From positions 1 through 64,000 of the forward strand of contig CBDBIB010000001.1 of the NCBI GenBank assembly GCA_965205945.1: a stretch of 64,000 bases of DNA. Reading direction: 5' to 3'. Made by a program: the position numbers and the translations under genes. Every line of letters starts with the position of its first letter. The first letter of the stretch is position 1. Shown here piece by piece: positions 29,862 to 40,400 of the stretch. A model generated the notes under the pieces. It was not told where the DNA came from and made no database searches. It was given only the letters and a program-made list of their open reading frames with translations. Origin of the DNA: Bdellovibrionales bacterium. GTDB taxonomy: Bacteria; Bdellovibrionota; Bdellovibrionia; Bdellovibrionales; UBA1609.

Positions 29862-32800
29862 ATGTTAGTGTTAGTTCGTCAGTTTTTATTGTTGGTATTG
29901 TCTGTGAGTATTGTGTTTTTAGGAATTCCACTAGTTCCAAATACTTTAGTCTATGCTCAAGATACAAAAAATAAAGAAAATACAACTGAAGTTAGTTTGG
30001 ATGAGGAGCTTAATGCCTTACGCGACTCTATTTATGGAACAAGAAAAAAAAATATAAATTTAGACCCTTTTTTTTTAACAAGTCAGCATGTTTTAGATAC
30101 TAGAGAAGAAAATCTTAAAGAGGTGATAAAGGAGGAAATAGAAAAAGATTATCAAGAAAGATTAGAATATTATCGTAATGAAATTATTGCATATGAAAAA
30201 TTATCTAAAGAGGTTGATGTAAGATTGGCAAATCTTAAAGACGATACAAAAAAAGATGCAAGAATTGCCTTAGAAGATTTAAAAAGAGATCTTTTAAGTA
30301 GAATAGACCTAACTAAAATGGAATTGGCTGATCAAAAAGAGTTTGATCCTAAAACTGGAAATCCATTAAATCTAACACATATGATTAACACTAGTTTAAA
30401 GCCTCAACATTACTGGGGTAATAAAATGACTATTCGTGTAAAAACTATTGGTGGTGAAAAAGTCTTAGATATAAAACAAAAAAAATTTACAGAATCTTTA
30501 AGCCCTAGATTTAATATAGAAAACCCATTTAATACTTTAGACTCTAAAGGAACTTATAAATTTTCTTTGATGAATCCTAGAGGAAAGAGTTTAAACGAGT
30601 TTAATATTGCTGTTGAAACAGTTATGTTTTTTGGTGGTTATTTAATTTTTATTGAAAAATCTGAAATGGATAGTATTCGAACAAGAGCAACACAAACGCT
30701 TCGAATTAGATTTATTGATTTAAATTTTGTGAGAGCAAATATTGGTAACGCACCGTTACCTGTGTACACATTTCCGTTAAAGTTAACAAAGGTCCCAGAC
30801 GTTTTTTCAATAGAGAGCGGAAGGTTAAGAGTTGGAAATCAAAGACTTAGCCATTTTCAATTTGGTATGTTGGCAAAAATTCATCAAGTGATTTTTAATA
30901 TGGGTGTTGCAATGGTGGATCCTTCTACATATAGGAAAATACAACCTTTAGTGGAAAGTACTTTAGGGATTTTTGGAAAATTCATGATTGCTCAGGATAA
31001 GAATTTTAAAAATCAAATGGACCAAACAATTCAAGCAGATTCTTATCTTAAAGAAATTATAAAAAGTGTAGATGGTAAAATACCTCTAGCTCCAGATATT
31101 AATGCAGAAGATATTCTTAAAAAAGCTCTTGATGATGGAAAGATTAGTCCTGATGAGTTTGCAGAGTTAGAAAAAGGTCTAAGTATCAATAAGGCTTTTA
31201 AAGATACAAATGCAGCTAGTCATCAGGGAAGGAAATTCTTTAATCGGTTGCGTTTATTAGTTGGTAACTTGATTAGTCCACGAGCTGAAGGGGCAGCAAA
31301 ACTTAGAAATGCTTTATTAGTAGCAGTAAGTTTTAATAAAGAGGATAGACTTAGAGTGTTTAAAGATCGTGGGGGAATGACTAAGTTTACAAAATTTGGA
31401 GCTGTGGCCACAGGAGCGTTAATAGGTTCAACATTTCTTCCAGCAGAGCATGCTTTTCATATTAGCCAAACGTTGGATTTATTAAGCGCTACATATAAAC
31501 ACTTTCAAGGCTATTTAGAGCATATTGATTATGGACGTAATTACTTTGAATTGTCTAAAGATGCTTACTTAACGTCAACTTCAGGTGTTTTTGGAGGAAT
31601 TTTTAAACTAGAGTTTATCGAGCCTTTTTTTTCAGACGGCAAATGGGGAAAGTTCCTATTGGGTTTAAGTTCAGTTTTAGCTGTTACGTTAAAGTTTTTT
31701 ATTCCAACACATATAACGATTAATACATATAAAATTTTTCAAGGCGTTCTTAAGGAAAAAAAGAACAAGAATGAACGTTTTATTCAAGATACAGAAAAGA
31801 GAAGACAAAAAACACAAAGTTATTTTCTACAAAAAGCTGAAGAAGTAAGATCATTGGATCCTGAATCAGCTAACAGATACAAGATGTATGCGGATGTTAT
31901 AAAAAATACAGTTGAAGAGCCTGTTAAGGTAAAAGTTATTGATTCTTTTATTAGTTGGGCCGATCAAGATAATAAAGAATATTGGCGTATTAAATCAGAT
32001 GCTGAGAAAAAAATTTCTGGAAGTGATATTTCAAATTTAACAGATAAAGAAATTAAGCTTTTAAATGAACATCTGCAAAGATTAAGAACTGGGACAGATA
32101 GAAGAGCTGCTTTTGAAAAAGCTTTTAAAAGAGGTGGATATAAGACAGGGCTTATTAAAGGTTTAGATAACTTAATAAGAGGTTTTAGAAATAAATTATC
32201 TAGTTCAGAGTCAATTGATAATAAAGCTGAAAAGCTTATAGAACAAAAAGTAGTTAAAGATAAAGAGACTTTTATGGAAGCGATAGCTTACTCGTTTTTA
32301 ACGTTTTCTTCACTAAAGACAACATTTAAGACATTAGCAACCATTTGGAATACAGCTTTTTTGAAAAGATCAAACTGGCATAGACCAACAATGTGGTTGA
32401 TGCAGTTTATATATCCTAATTTTACTATAATTTCAAAAGGTGAGTTAGATGGGAAACAACATTATCCAACTAAATACAATTCTGGTCTAGATTTATGGCC
32501 ACAGAAATTAAGTAGATTATTGGGAAATTTTAAAAAAACAGATTTAGGTGAACAAATACCTCTTCCTAAGAGTATCTTTTTATCAAAAGAATCTTTAGAT
32601 AACCTAGAAATTTTTGAAGATGCTGCTGGAAAATTAGAACTTTTAGCTATGGAGATTGCATCAAATAAAGCTCAAAAAGCATTACTTCAAAGTATTAATG
32701 ACCCTAAAAGGATACTTGCATTATTTGATTCAAAACCAGTATCAGAGGTAGAAGCTTTGCATAAGCTTGCAAAAACAGGTATTAATACTCTTCATGATAC

Positions 32801-34376
32801 AAAAATTGACAAACTAAATAAAAAAGAAAGGGCTTATTATAGGGCTTATTATACAAAAACTTTTGATCTAGTTATGCAAAGGTTTATAAGTGATTTATTT
32901 TTAGATAGTAAAGGGATAGATCTTACTCCAGAACAATTTGCTAAAGAATTTGTAAAAAAAGTTAAGAAAAATGAAGCTACTGATTTTAAATTTACTCAGT
33001 CTGAAGTTGCTGCGGTTGAATCTATTATAGAAAAAAAAATTAATTTTGATAAAGTAAAAAAAGAATCAGAGCAGATAGCAAATAATTGGTCTAAGTTTTA
33101 TGAAAAAACAGGTTTAAACTTTAAACATCGAGTTTTAAGAAGAATTCATCCAGAAAACCCTCAGGTTAAAAGGCAACAGATTGCAGGAAAAATGCTAAAA
33201 GATTCAAGAGCAATGGATCGAGCTGTAAGAATGGAAGTTAATACTATGCTTGTTGATATTCCTCTTACAATTGGTATGACTTTACTTCTTTATTCTGCCA
33301 TTCCTTCAGGATTGTTGATGCCTTTTAATCCAGAAGGTTTAAACACTGAAACTCATTTAAACTATATGAGTCGATACTTATATTATAATGATTTTATACC
33401 TGGTATGATTTTAGGCTTACTTGCGAATACATGGATGAAGGTTCAAATGGATTATCGTATGAGCTCTAAAGGTGCTTTTGATAAAGCTATTATGCATAAA
33501 GATGGTCAAAAGGGTTTTTGGAGATTTGTTTTAAAAAACTTTGCTTTAAATCCTGAGAATACATTAAAAGAAAATCAAATTTTTTTAGTAAAATTAGTTG
33601 TAGCTAATTTCCCGGCTGCAGTATTAACAACAATTGTTTTTAATGCTTATGGTTTAGGGCGTTTTGATGTGGGATCTTTTTTAGTTGGTTACACCATGAT
33701 GATAGGACTCTTTTATTCTGGGTTAAACTTTAAAATAGAGAATGCTTTTGAAAACTCAGTCTCATGGATTTACAATAAAATACCCAGGAAGCTAAGAGCC
33801 CATCCAGAAGCTCAAAGTTATATTGATAGAAAATTGCAGAAAAAGAAAATGGTATTTTCTTGGTATATGCAACTTTGGACGGTAGTTGTAATAGAAAATG
33901 TTGCAGGGATAATGCTAACTTTAAAAGAAAATAGTAAAATAGGTACTCGTGCTTTTATTCGTTTAATGACTGGGGGGCAAACATTTACAGAGATTGTAGT
34001 AAAGACTGCAGACATGTTGATGAAAACTTTGGAATCTGTGCCAAATATGAGTAAAGTGTTTGATCTATTAAAATTTACAGTTTCTAATAATTTTGAAGCT
34101 TTTGAAAGATACCCTAAAGAATTGATAGAAAGAGGTGATAGTCTTGGTGTAAAAAGGGTTTATGAAAATATAAATCTTCCAAAGAACTTACTGGCTGAAA
34201 TTATAGGTAAGCTTGGAGGTGCTGTAAGTACAGTAGGCTTAATTGCCTCAATGCCATATATAAGTGGGCACTTATTAGAAAGGTACTCTCAAAGTAAAGT
34301 TCAATTAAAAGGACAAATCCTAAAGGAAAAGAAAGCTGGAAAATCTAGAATAGGCTTATGTAAAAATTTTCTTTAA
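29862..34376 (+). CDS. Very large hypothetical exported/membrane protein (1504 aa)
   Basis: Long ORF, signal peptide, coiled coil, several hydrophobic segments, ends CKNFL. Confidence 0.8.
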   Translation: MLVLVRQFLLLVLSVSIVFLGIPLVPNTLVYAQDTKNKENTTEVSLDEELNALRDSIYGTRKKNINLDPFFLTSQHVLDTREENLKEVIKEEIEKDYQERLEYYRNEIIAYEKLSKEVDVRLANLKDDTKKDARIALEDLKRDLLSRIDLTKMELADQKEFDPKTGNPLNLTHMINTSLKPQHYWGNKMTIRVKTIGGEKVLDIKQKKFTESLSPRFNIENPFNTLDSKGTYKFSLMNPRGKSLNEFNIAVETVMFFGGYLIFIEKSEMDSIRTRATQTLRIRFIDLNFVRANIGNAPLPVYTFPLKLTKVPDVFSIESGRLRVGNQRLSHFQFGMLAKIHQVIFNMGVAMVDPSTYRKIQPLVESTLGIFGKFMIAQDKNFKNQMDQTIQADSYLKEIIKSVDGKIPLAPDINAEDILKKALDDGKISPDEFAELEKGLSINKAFKDTNAASHQGRKFFNRLRLLVGNLISPRAEGAAKLRNALLVAVSFNKEDRLRVFKDRGGMTKFTKFGAVATGALIGSTFLPAEHAFHISQTLDLLSATYKHFQGYLEHIDYGRNYFELSKDAYLTSTSGVFGGIFKLEFIEPFFSDGKWGKFLLGLSSVLAVTLKFFIPTHITINTYKIFQGVLKEKKNKNERFIQDTEKRRQKTQSYFLQKAEEVRSLDPESANRYKMYADVIKNTVEEPVKVKVIDSFISWADQDNKEYWRIKSDAEKKISGSDISNLTDKEIKLLNEHLQRLRTGTDRRAAFEKAFKRGGYKTGLIKGLDNLIRGFRNKLSSSESIDNKAEKLIEQKVVKDKETFMEAIAYSFLTFSSLKTTFKTLATIWNTAFLKRSNWHRPTMWLMQFIYPNFTIISKGELDGKQHYPTKYNSGLDLWPQKLSRLLGNFKKTDLGEQIPLPKSIFLSKESLDNLEIFEDAAGKLELLAMEIASNKAQKALLQSINDPKRILALFDSKPVSEVEALHKLAKTGINTLHDTKIDKLNKKERAYYRAYYTKTFDLVMQRFISDLFLDSKGIDLTPEQFAKEFVKKVKKNEATDFKFTQSEVAAVESIIEKKINFDKVKKESEQIANNWSKFYEKTGLNFKHRVLRRIHPENPQVKRQQIAGKMLKDSRAMDRAVRMEVNTMLVDIPLTIGMTLLLYSAIPSGLLMPFNPEGLNTETHLNYMSRYLYYNDFIPGMILGLLANTWMKVQMDYRMSSKGAFDKAIMHKDGQKGFWRFVLKNFALNPENTLKENQIFLVKLVVANFPAAVLTTIVFNAYGLGRFDVGSFLVGYTMMIGLFYSGLNFKIENAFENSVSWIYNKIPRKLRAHPEAQSYIDRKLQKKKMVFSWYMQLWTVVVIENVAGIMLTLKENSKIGTRAFIRLMTGGQTFTEIVVKTADMLMKTLESVPNMSKVFDLLKFTVSNNFEAFERYPKELIERGDSLGVKRVYENINLPKNLLAEIIGKLGGAVSTVGLIASMPYISGHLLERYSQSKVQLKGQILKEKKAGKSRIGLCKNFL

Positions 34377-34501
34377 ACTTATACTTAAAATTTTTTATGA
34401 GAACATAGATCTTTAAAATTCAACCGTAATAGAATATAGAAAAAGAGTAAAACCCTGTAGATTATAGAGTATAGGATCTTTAAAGCATGGAATTCAGGTT
34501 T

Positions 34502-35821
34502 TTAAGAATGTGGTTTTAATTGATTTTCAAAAAACATTAAATGAGTTTTAGAAACTAGATCATGGCCAAGCCACAAAACAGGTTCTGTGGGGTTTGAGGC
34601 TTCACATAAAATTACTTTCCCAGTGGTTTTAAATACAATAGTGCTTAAAAAAAATGTTATTAAATTCTTACTATTTTTATGAAGACTGATTAAATAATCT
34701 GAAGCCTCTTTCATTTGTGCCATTCTAGACTCTTTATTATGTTGTGGCCATGTGTCCCAGTGAAGCTTTGTTACTTTTGGGTCAGTATTCATATATTTTT
34801 GAGTAAAAGAATCAATAGTGTTAAGATCATTAGGGTTATTTAAAAGATCTGCACAAACTTTATGAACAAAAGTGTTTTTTCCACCATTTTCAAATTTAAG
34901 TGACCTAAGAAGAGGGTATAGGCAAACTTCAACACCCATAAACACACTTGAAGAAGCTGTTAAAATCTCAGGAGCATTAAATACTTGAGTATGTAAACCT
35001 TTAGCCCAGTATTTTTTAGCAATATTTTCAAGCTTAATTTTAGCCCATCCTTGTAAATAAGGGGCGTATGACTGCCATTTGTATTTATCACCTAAAAAAG
35101 GTTCGCAACCATGATATCCGTAGGCTGAATAACTTACTGATTTAGCAGTAGCTCTGATGTGTTTTGTTTCCACAATTAAAGTTTTAAAGGTATTTGCTGT
35201 TACTTCATCAAAATTCATAGAACAAATTTTTCCAATTTCTGATTCCCAAAACTCCTTAGAATATAGAAATCTTTTTCCGAATCCTTTAAAGACTCTATTT
35301 AGTAAGGGCATTAAAATTTTAGCTCTTGGGATTCCTCCTGCCATAGTATGAACAAAGTGGATATTGGTTTTAGGAGTTACATATTTTTCTGATATTTGAT
35401 TTAAAAAGGCTTGAGTATTTTTTAAAAATCTTTTTAAGCCTATTTTTCGAGATTCTTGAATTTGATGCCAATCAATTTTTTTAACAGTATTCCACTCATC
35501 TCTTTTTAGCCCTTTTAATTGATCACATGGAGATATGCCTTTTAAGCTTTTGTCTAAATCAAAACCTGCTTCAAGAGGTATGTTAATAAGGTTACTCTGG
35601 CCTTTTTGAGCGATTTCCTCCGGAGTAAGAGGTCTTAGTTCATTATTTTTATTTCGACGACCGACAGTGCCGTAAACAACCGTCATTCCAATTTTTTCTG
35701 CCTCTTGAATAATTCCATTTACATAGCCTTGATCAAAAACTTCGCCAAAAATTACTAGTAAGTCTCCTTTTTTAAACTTAGAGTTAGGAGGACAAGTGCG
35801 TAAAGCCTTAAAACCTTTCAT
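34502..35821 (-). CDS. FabMG-family enoyl-ACP reductase (probable)
   Basis: KGDLLVIFGEVF..GY.NG, VGRR, PLEAGFD, HTMAGGIPRAK, YSAYGYHG, WQSY.PY.QG.AK, FNAPEI, WPQH, recognised from memory of the family. Confidence 0.75.
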   Translation of the reverse strand: MKGFKALRTCPPNSKFKKGDLLVIFGEVFDQGYVNGIIQEAEKIGMTVVYGTVGRRNKNNELRPLTPEEIAQKGQSNLINIPLEAGFDLDKSLKGISPCDQLKGLKRDEWNTVKKIDWHQIQESRKIGLKRFLKNTQAFLNQISEKYVTPKTNIHFVHTMAGGIPRAKILMPLLNRVFKGFGKRFLYSKEFWESEIGKICSMNFDEVTANTFKTLIVETKHIRATAKSVSYSAYGYHGCEPFLGDKYKWQSYAPYLQGWAKIKLENIAKKYWAKGLHTQVFNAPEILTASSSVFMGVEVCLYPLLRSLKFENGGKNTFVHKVCADLLNNPNDLNTIDSFTQKYMNTDPKVTKLHWDTWPQHNKESRMAQMKEASDYLISLHKNSKNLITFFLSTIVFKTTGKVILCEASNPTEPVLWLGHDLVSKTHLMFFENQLKPHS

Positions 35822-36211
35822 AAAATCTCCTTTTTAAGTAAATATTTTATGAAAATATATTTTTTAAATAAATTTATTACAAGGTTTTAAGGTGATTAAA
35901 GCTTAAAACTCTTACAAAAAAATCGAGTTCTTTAAATATATCTAGTTTTTAGATTTAAAATCTAAATAAAATAGGTTTTAAAATCATGAATAAATCGCAA
36001 GTATATTTAAAGATTAGGCCATATGTGTAAAAGTTTCTATATTTTTTTTTTAAGTTTATTGATAAAAATAAAAGAGTAGATCATCAATAGTGTTTGAATT
36101 AATAGATAGCAAAGTCTTTAAAAAATGTATATGGAGCTGTTTAAATATAAATTTTATTTTTTTTGTTGAAACTTGATTTGTATCGAGTCTTGGGTAAGGA
36201 GTTTATCTAAA

Positions 36212-37477
36212 TTGAAATATAAGATTTCAACAGTTCTACTCTTAAACTTTTGTGTTTTAACAAACTCCTTTTCTAAAACTCTAAATGATGAAAATTTAGA
36301 AAAAACACAGACCTTAATAAAAGAAAATTCCTTTGTTGGTATTTTAACAAAACAACATTTGCCCTTAAAAGAATACACTCTTCTTAAATTTGAAGAAAAA
36401 AGCTGGCATTTAGGGCTTAAACTAAATCAAGGTGCTGATATTTGGGATAGCAAAATTGAGAATAGTTTTCTTTATAGTATATATGTGAGCCCTAGTTTTT
36501 TATTTAAAATAGTTAATAATTTCTTTTTTTCAATAAATCTAAATTTAGGTGATACTATAGGAAGTGTACAATCTAGATTTGGAGATTTAAGAACAGATGA
36601 TTTTGTTTATCTTCGTGACGCAAGGGTGTATTTTCAAAAGCAAGTAAAAACAAGTACTAGTGATTACCTATATACTTTTTCTGTAGGAGCTATTCAGCAT
36701 AGAAAACTTTTAAGAAAATTTGATTTATTCATGTCTTCAAGAGCATTACCGGGGTTAGAGCAGGATTTAAAATATTCATATAATTATATAGAAAAAAAAT
36801 CATTTGGAATTAATTTAAGATTTTTTGAGGGCATTCCCACTTCTCAGTCTGAATCATTAGATTTTAATGAGAAAGAGAGCATTCCTTTTTTTGTAAATGG
36901 AAATTTTGAGGTGTTTATAAAAAATCTGAATTCAAAGTCTTTTAGATATAGAGCAGGTCTTAGTTTTGGAGTTTTTGATTTTTCTTCTTTACCTGCAGTT
37001 ATTGCGGATGAGAGTAGAAGGCTTGGAAACACTGTAAATGGAATTGGTGGAGCAGCAAATTTTGAATATGATTTTAAAGGATGGTATGCCGGCTGGACAG
37101 CAATTCTAGGTTTTAATAAGTTTGAAATTTTTCCATATGTTAGGGTGGTAACCAATATAAAGGCTCCTAGTGGAAGAAATCAAGGGCAAAGAGCAGGAGT
37201 CCATTTTAGGTATCATAGTCAATCTTTGTATAGCTTAGATATTGAGCCATTTAACTTCTTTAATGAGACAGATGCTTCTGTAGCCAGTTACAATGGGTCT
37301 ACATATGGTCATAATAATCGTGAAGGTTTTGGCATAAATTTAGCATTAGAATTACTAAAAGAAGGTTTAAAATTTGGGCTAACATATGTTTACTCAGATA
37401 TTTTGAAGGAAAACAGTGACTTACAGATACCTTACCAATTTGTAAGGTTTAAGGTGGAGTACCAGTATGATTTTTAA
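36212..37477 (+). CDS. Putative outer-membrane beta-barrel protein
   Basis: AGGAG RBS before TTG 36212, signal peptide, amphipathic strands, C-terminal VEYQYDF. Confidence 0.7.
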   Translation: MKYKISTVLLLNFCVLTNSFSKTLNDENLEKTQTLIKENSFVGILTKQHLPLKEYTLLKFEEKSWHLGLKLNQGADIWDSKIENSFLYSIYVSPSFLFKIVNNFFFSINLNLGDTIGSVQSRFGDLRTDDFVYLRDARVYFQKQVKTSTSDYLYTFSVGAIQHRKLLRKFDLFMSSRALPGLEQDLKYSYNYIEKKSFGINLRFFEGIPTSQSESLDFNEKESIPFFVNGNFEVFIKNLNSKSFRYRAGLSFGVFDFSSLPAVIADESRRLGNTVNGIGGAANFEYDFKGWYAGWTAILGFNKFEIFPYVRVVTNIKAPSGRNQGQRAGVHFRYHSQSLYSLDIEPFNFFNETDASVASYNGSTYGHNNREGFGINLALELLKEGLKFGLTYVYSDILKENSDLQIPYQFVRFKVEYQYDF

Positions 37478-40400
37478 GAAGAAAAGTATGAATATTATAT
37501 TTCTAGCAACTATAGCTAGTCTTCTTATGTTTTCAGGGTGTATTAGGTCTGAAGCACCTAAAGATTTAGATATTTTAACTAAAGCTGGTGAAATGGGTTT
37601 TGAACAGGCCGAGAAAAATGCAACATTTTATATAGCAGGAGATGCCGCAGGTTTAATTGTTGAGCAGATTACATCACTAGACGGGGCTACAAAAGAGGTT
37701 AGGGCTTTAAGGTATAGGTTTTTAGTTTGTTTAAAAGAAAAGGCTTCAGCAAGAAAACTTCAAGGTTTTAAATTTAAAATTAACAGTTCTCAAGGAGAAA
37801 ATCCAAATTTTTCAAAAATAGTAACAACTAATGAAGATGGTTGTTTAGTGTGGATTGAAGATTTTAGGTTTGATGTAGGTAAACCAAATCCTCAACCTGT
37901 AGTTTTTCTTAGAAAAATAAAATCAGTTAAAGAAAGCAGTAGGCAAGGTGAGGTGAGTTTTATTTTTCAACTTTTTCCTTGGGGTAAAGTATTATCTAAT
38001 CAAGCATATTTGCCTTTTTACTTCTTAAAAGGAGAACAAAGAAAATTATATAGAGGTCAAATTCAAAGACTTTTCTTAGGTTATTACAACCCTAAAAAGA
38101 AGCTTAATTATAATCGCAATGAAAAAACCCAACTTTATGTAAGTCATATTAATTACAATTTAACAGGGATTCCATTTTCAGTAATTAAAAAAGATTTGCA
38201 ACCAACTAGAAAAGAAATTGAAGAAAAAGGTCTAGACGCTCTTTTACCGGGCTCTGATTATGTTCTTCTAAAACCTGATAGAAATAATCCAAATTCGGAC
38301 AAACTTTTGCTAAGATTAAGAAATAATAATCAATCTCCATACGCCTTAATAAAGAACCAAAAAGCTTTTGATGGTCTTCATGTAGATTTAGTATTAAACA
38401 TAAAATTGGCTCAATTTCATACAGCTGTAAATGGAAATTTTTCAAGAAATCAAAAAAGTGGTCGATTCAAAGTTCTTCCATATTTATACGCAACAGATTA
38501 CAATAAAGAAGGTGACAGAGTTTTATTAAATTCTGGTATGGAGAGCTTAATTTCTAAAATTAATAAAAAAGGTGATTTAAATCTTCATTATAAAGGCATT
38601 TTACCTTATGCTCCAACTTCTGGAAATGTACAGCTAGCTTTGCAAATAACTCCTATGAACAACAATCTATCTAAATATGAAGTTATTGAAGAGTTATTTG
38701 ATATAGGAACCTATAGTGATATTATTGGTAAAAAAAATAGGATTATGGAGCATCCTGAAAACTTTGCAGGGACCTTTGATTTTAATAAACATGCTAAAGA
38801 ATCTGTAGGCTATGAGAAAGCTTTAAATAGATCTCATTTAAGGTCAGCTGAACCATACAACTTTACTTTAGCCAACGTTAAATTTAAGACCATTGAAGCA
38901 GGTGAAACAGCAAACAGACGAACTGTAATTTTTAATGTTAAAACTTGTGTAGGTAAATTTAATTTTCAATCTAAAATTTTACAAAAACAAGAATTTAAGA
39001 TTATCTCCAGACATTTTAAAAATAGTGAAGCAGAGATTAAAGATGAGATTGCAGATAATGAAAATAAAGATCCAGACTTTAAATCATCTGATTATAAAGA
39101 TATAAAACTTTTTAGTGAAATTGATGGGGATAAGATTAGAACAGATTCTAATGGTTGTTTAAGTTTCATAGATAAGATTAGACATAAGTACTATAAAACA
39201 GAACGTTTGGTAAGAAGAAAATATTTTATACAAGCAAAAGATGATCCTCAAGGCTTTACAAAAGAATTAATCCTTTACTTAAATCCTTGGGATGAAAAAT
39301 TTGGTACTTTAGGAACAGATGCTAGATCTGTATCTCAAACATTTTTAAAAGAGCTTAATCAAAGAGATAAAATTGAACCAAGATTTTATATTCAAGATTT
39401 TAGATATGAAACACTAAGATTTAGGTATGAAATTGATAAAAGCATGAACCTTGTAGTAAAAAAGACGATTCTTCTTAGGCTTTACCCAAAGGTCTTGCGA
39501 TATTCAAATATTTTACAAGGTATTAATTCAATTTTTCCAATTAGAGATGGTATCTATTTATTAAAAATGGCTTACCAAAAGGATTATTTAGATCCTGCAG
39601 CTAGAGGTATTAGGATTAGGTCTAGAGTGGAGAACACAAATCCATCATCATCAAGTGCAAGTGTAACAAAAGGACCTTTAATTGAAAGGCTTGATGGTAA
39701 TGGAAAAGTATTAAGAACCGATGAAGATTCAGCTAAGGTTGAAGCCTCTGCAGATCTAAAAGGCGAAACTCTAGATGGATCGCAAAAAGTACTTCCTCCT
39801 TATGACCCAAGCAGAAAAGTTTCAATTAGTATTGTTAAAAAACTTGTTCGTGTTAACGCAGGTTTTATTATAACACCTATTGAATTTTCTGTTAAAGATT
39901 TACGTCTTTTACGAATTAGATCACAGGTTTTTGTACAAATAGAAAATGTGAATCAAACTAGATTACAATTGGTTAATATAGCCAGTAGAGAAATTGAAAA
40001 AGCAATGCAGATATCAAAAGGAACAGCTTCAGAAATTTCTAACTTACCTAAATCAGAGCAAAGAAAAATTATTCAACAGAAAGTAAGGGCTTTAGATGTT
40101 TTGGCAAAGGCCATACCTGATGATTTAGAATATACTAAAAATGACATTTCAGAATTATTAAAAGTATTTAGTAAGCCAGAAGTAATTTCAGCATTTAGTC
40201 CATTTATAAAAGGAGGCAAGTTAAATTCAGTAGCTACTATGATTGGAGAAGAAAAATCAGATAAAGATTTTTTAGAGTCTATTGTTGAATTAGCATTTTT
40301 AAAACAAGACGATTATATTAAAGAAATAAAAATTAGAACAGAAAAGTTAAGAAAAGAAGTAATAAATTTAACAGGGGAAAAAAATACCGACCAAAAAGTG

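Noticed and set aside
35948..35966. Palindrome TTTAGATTT-A-AAATCTAAA
   Set aside because: Low-complexity A/T sequence, plausible by chance in this genome
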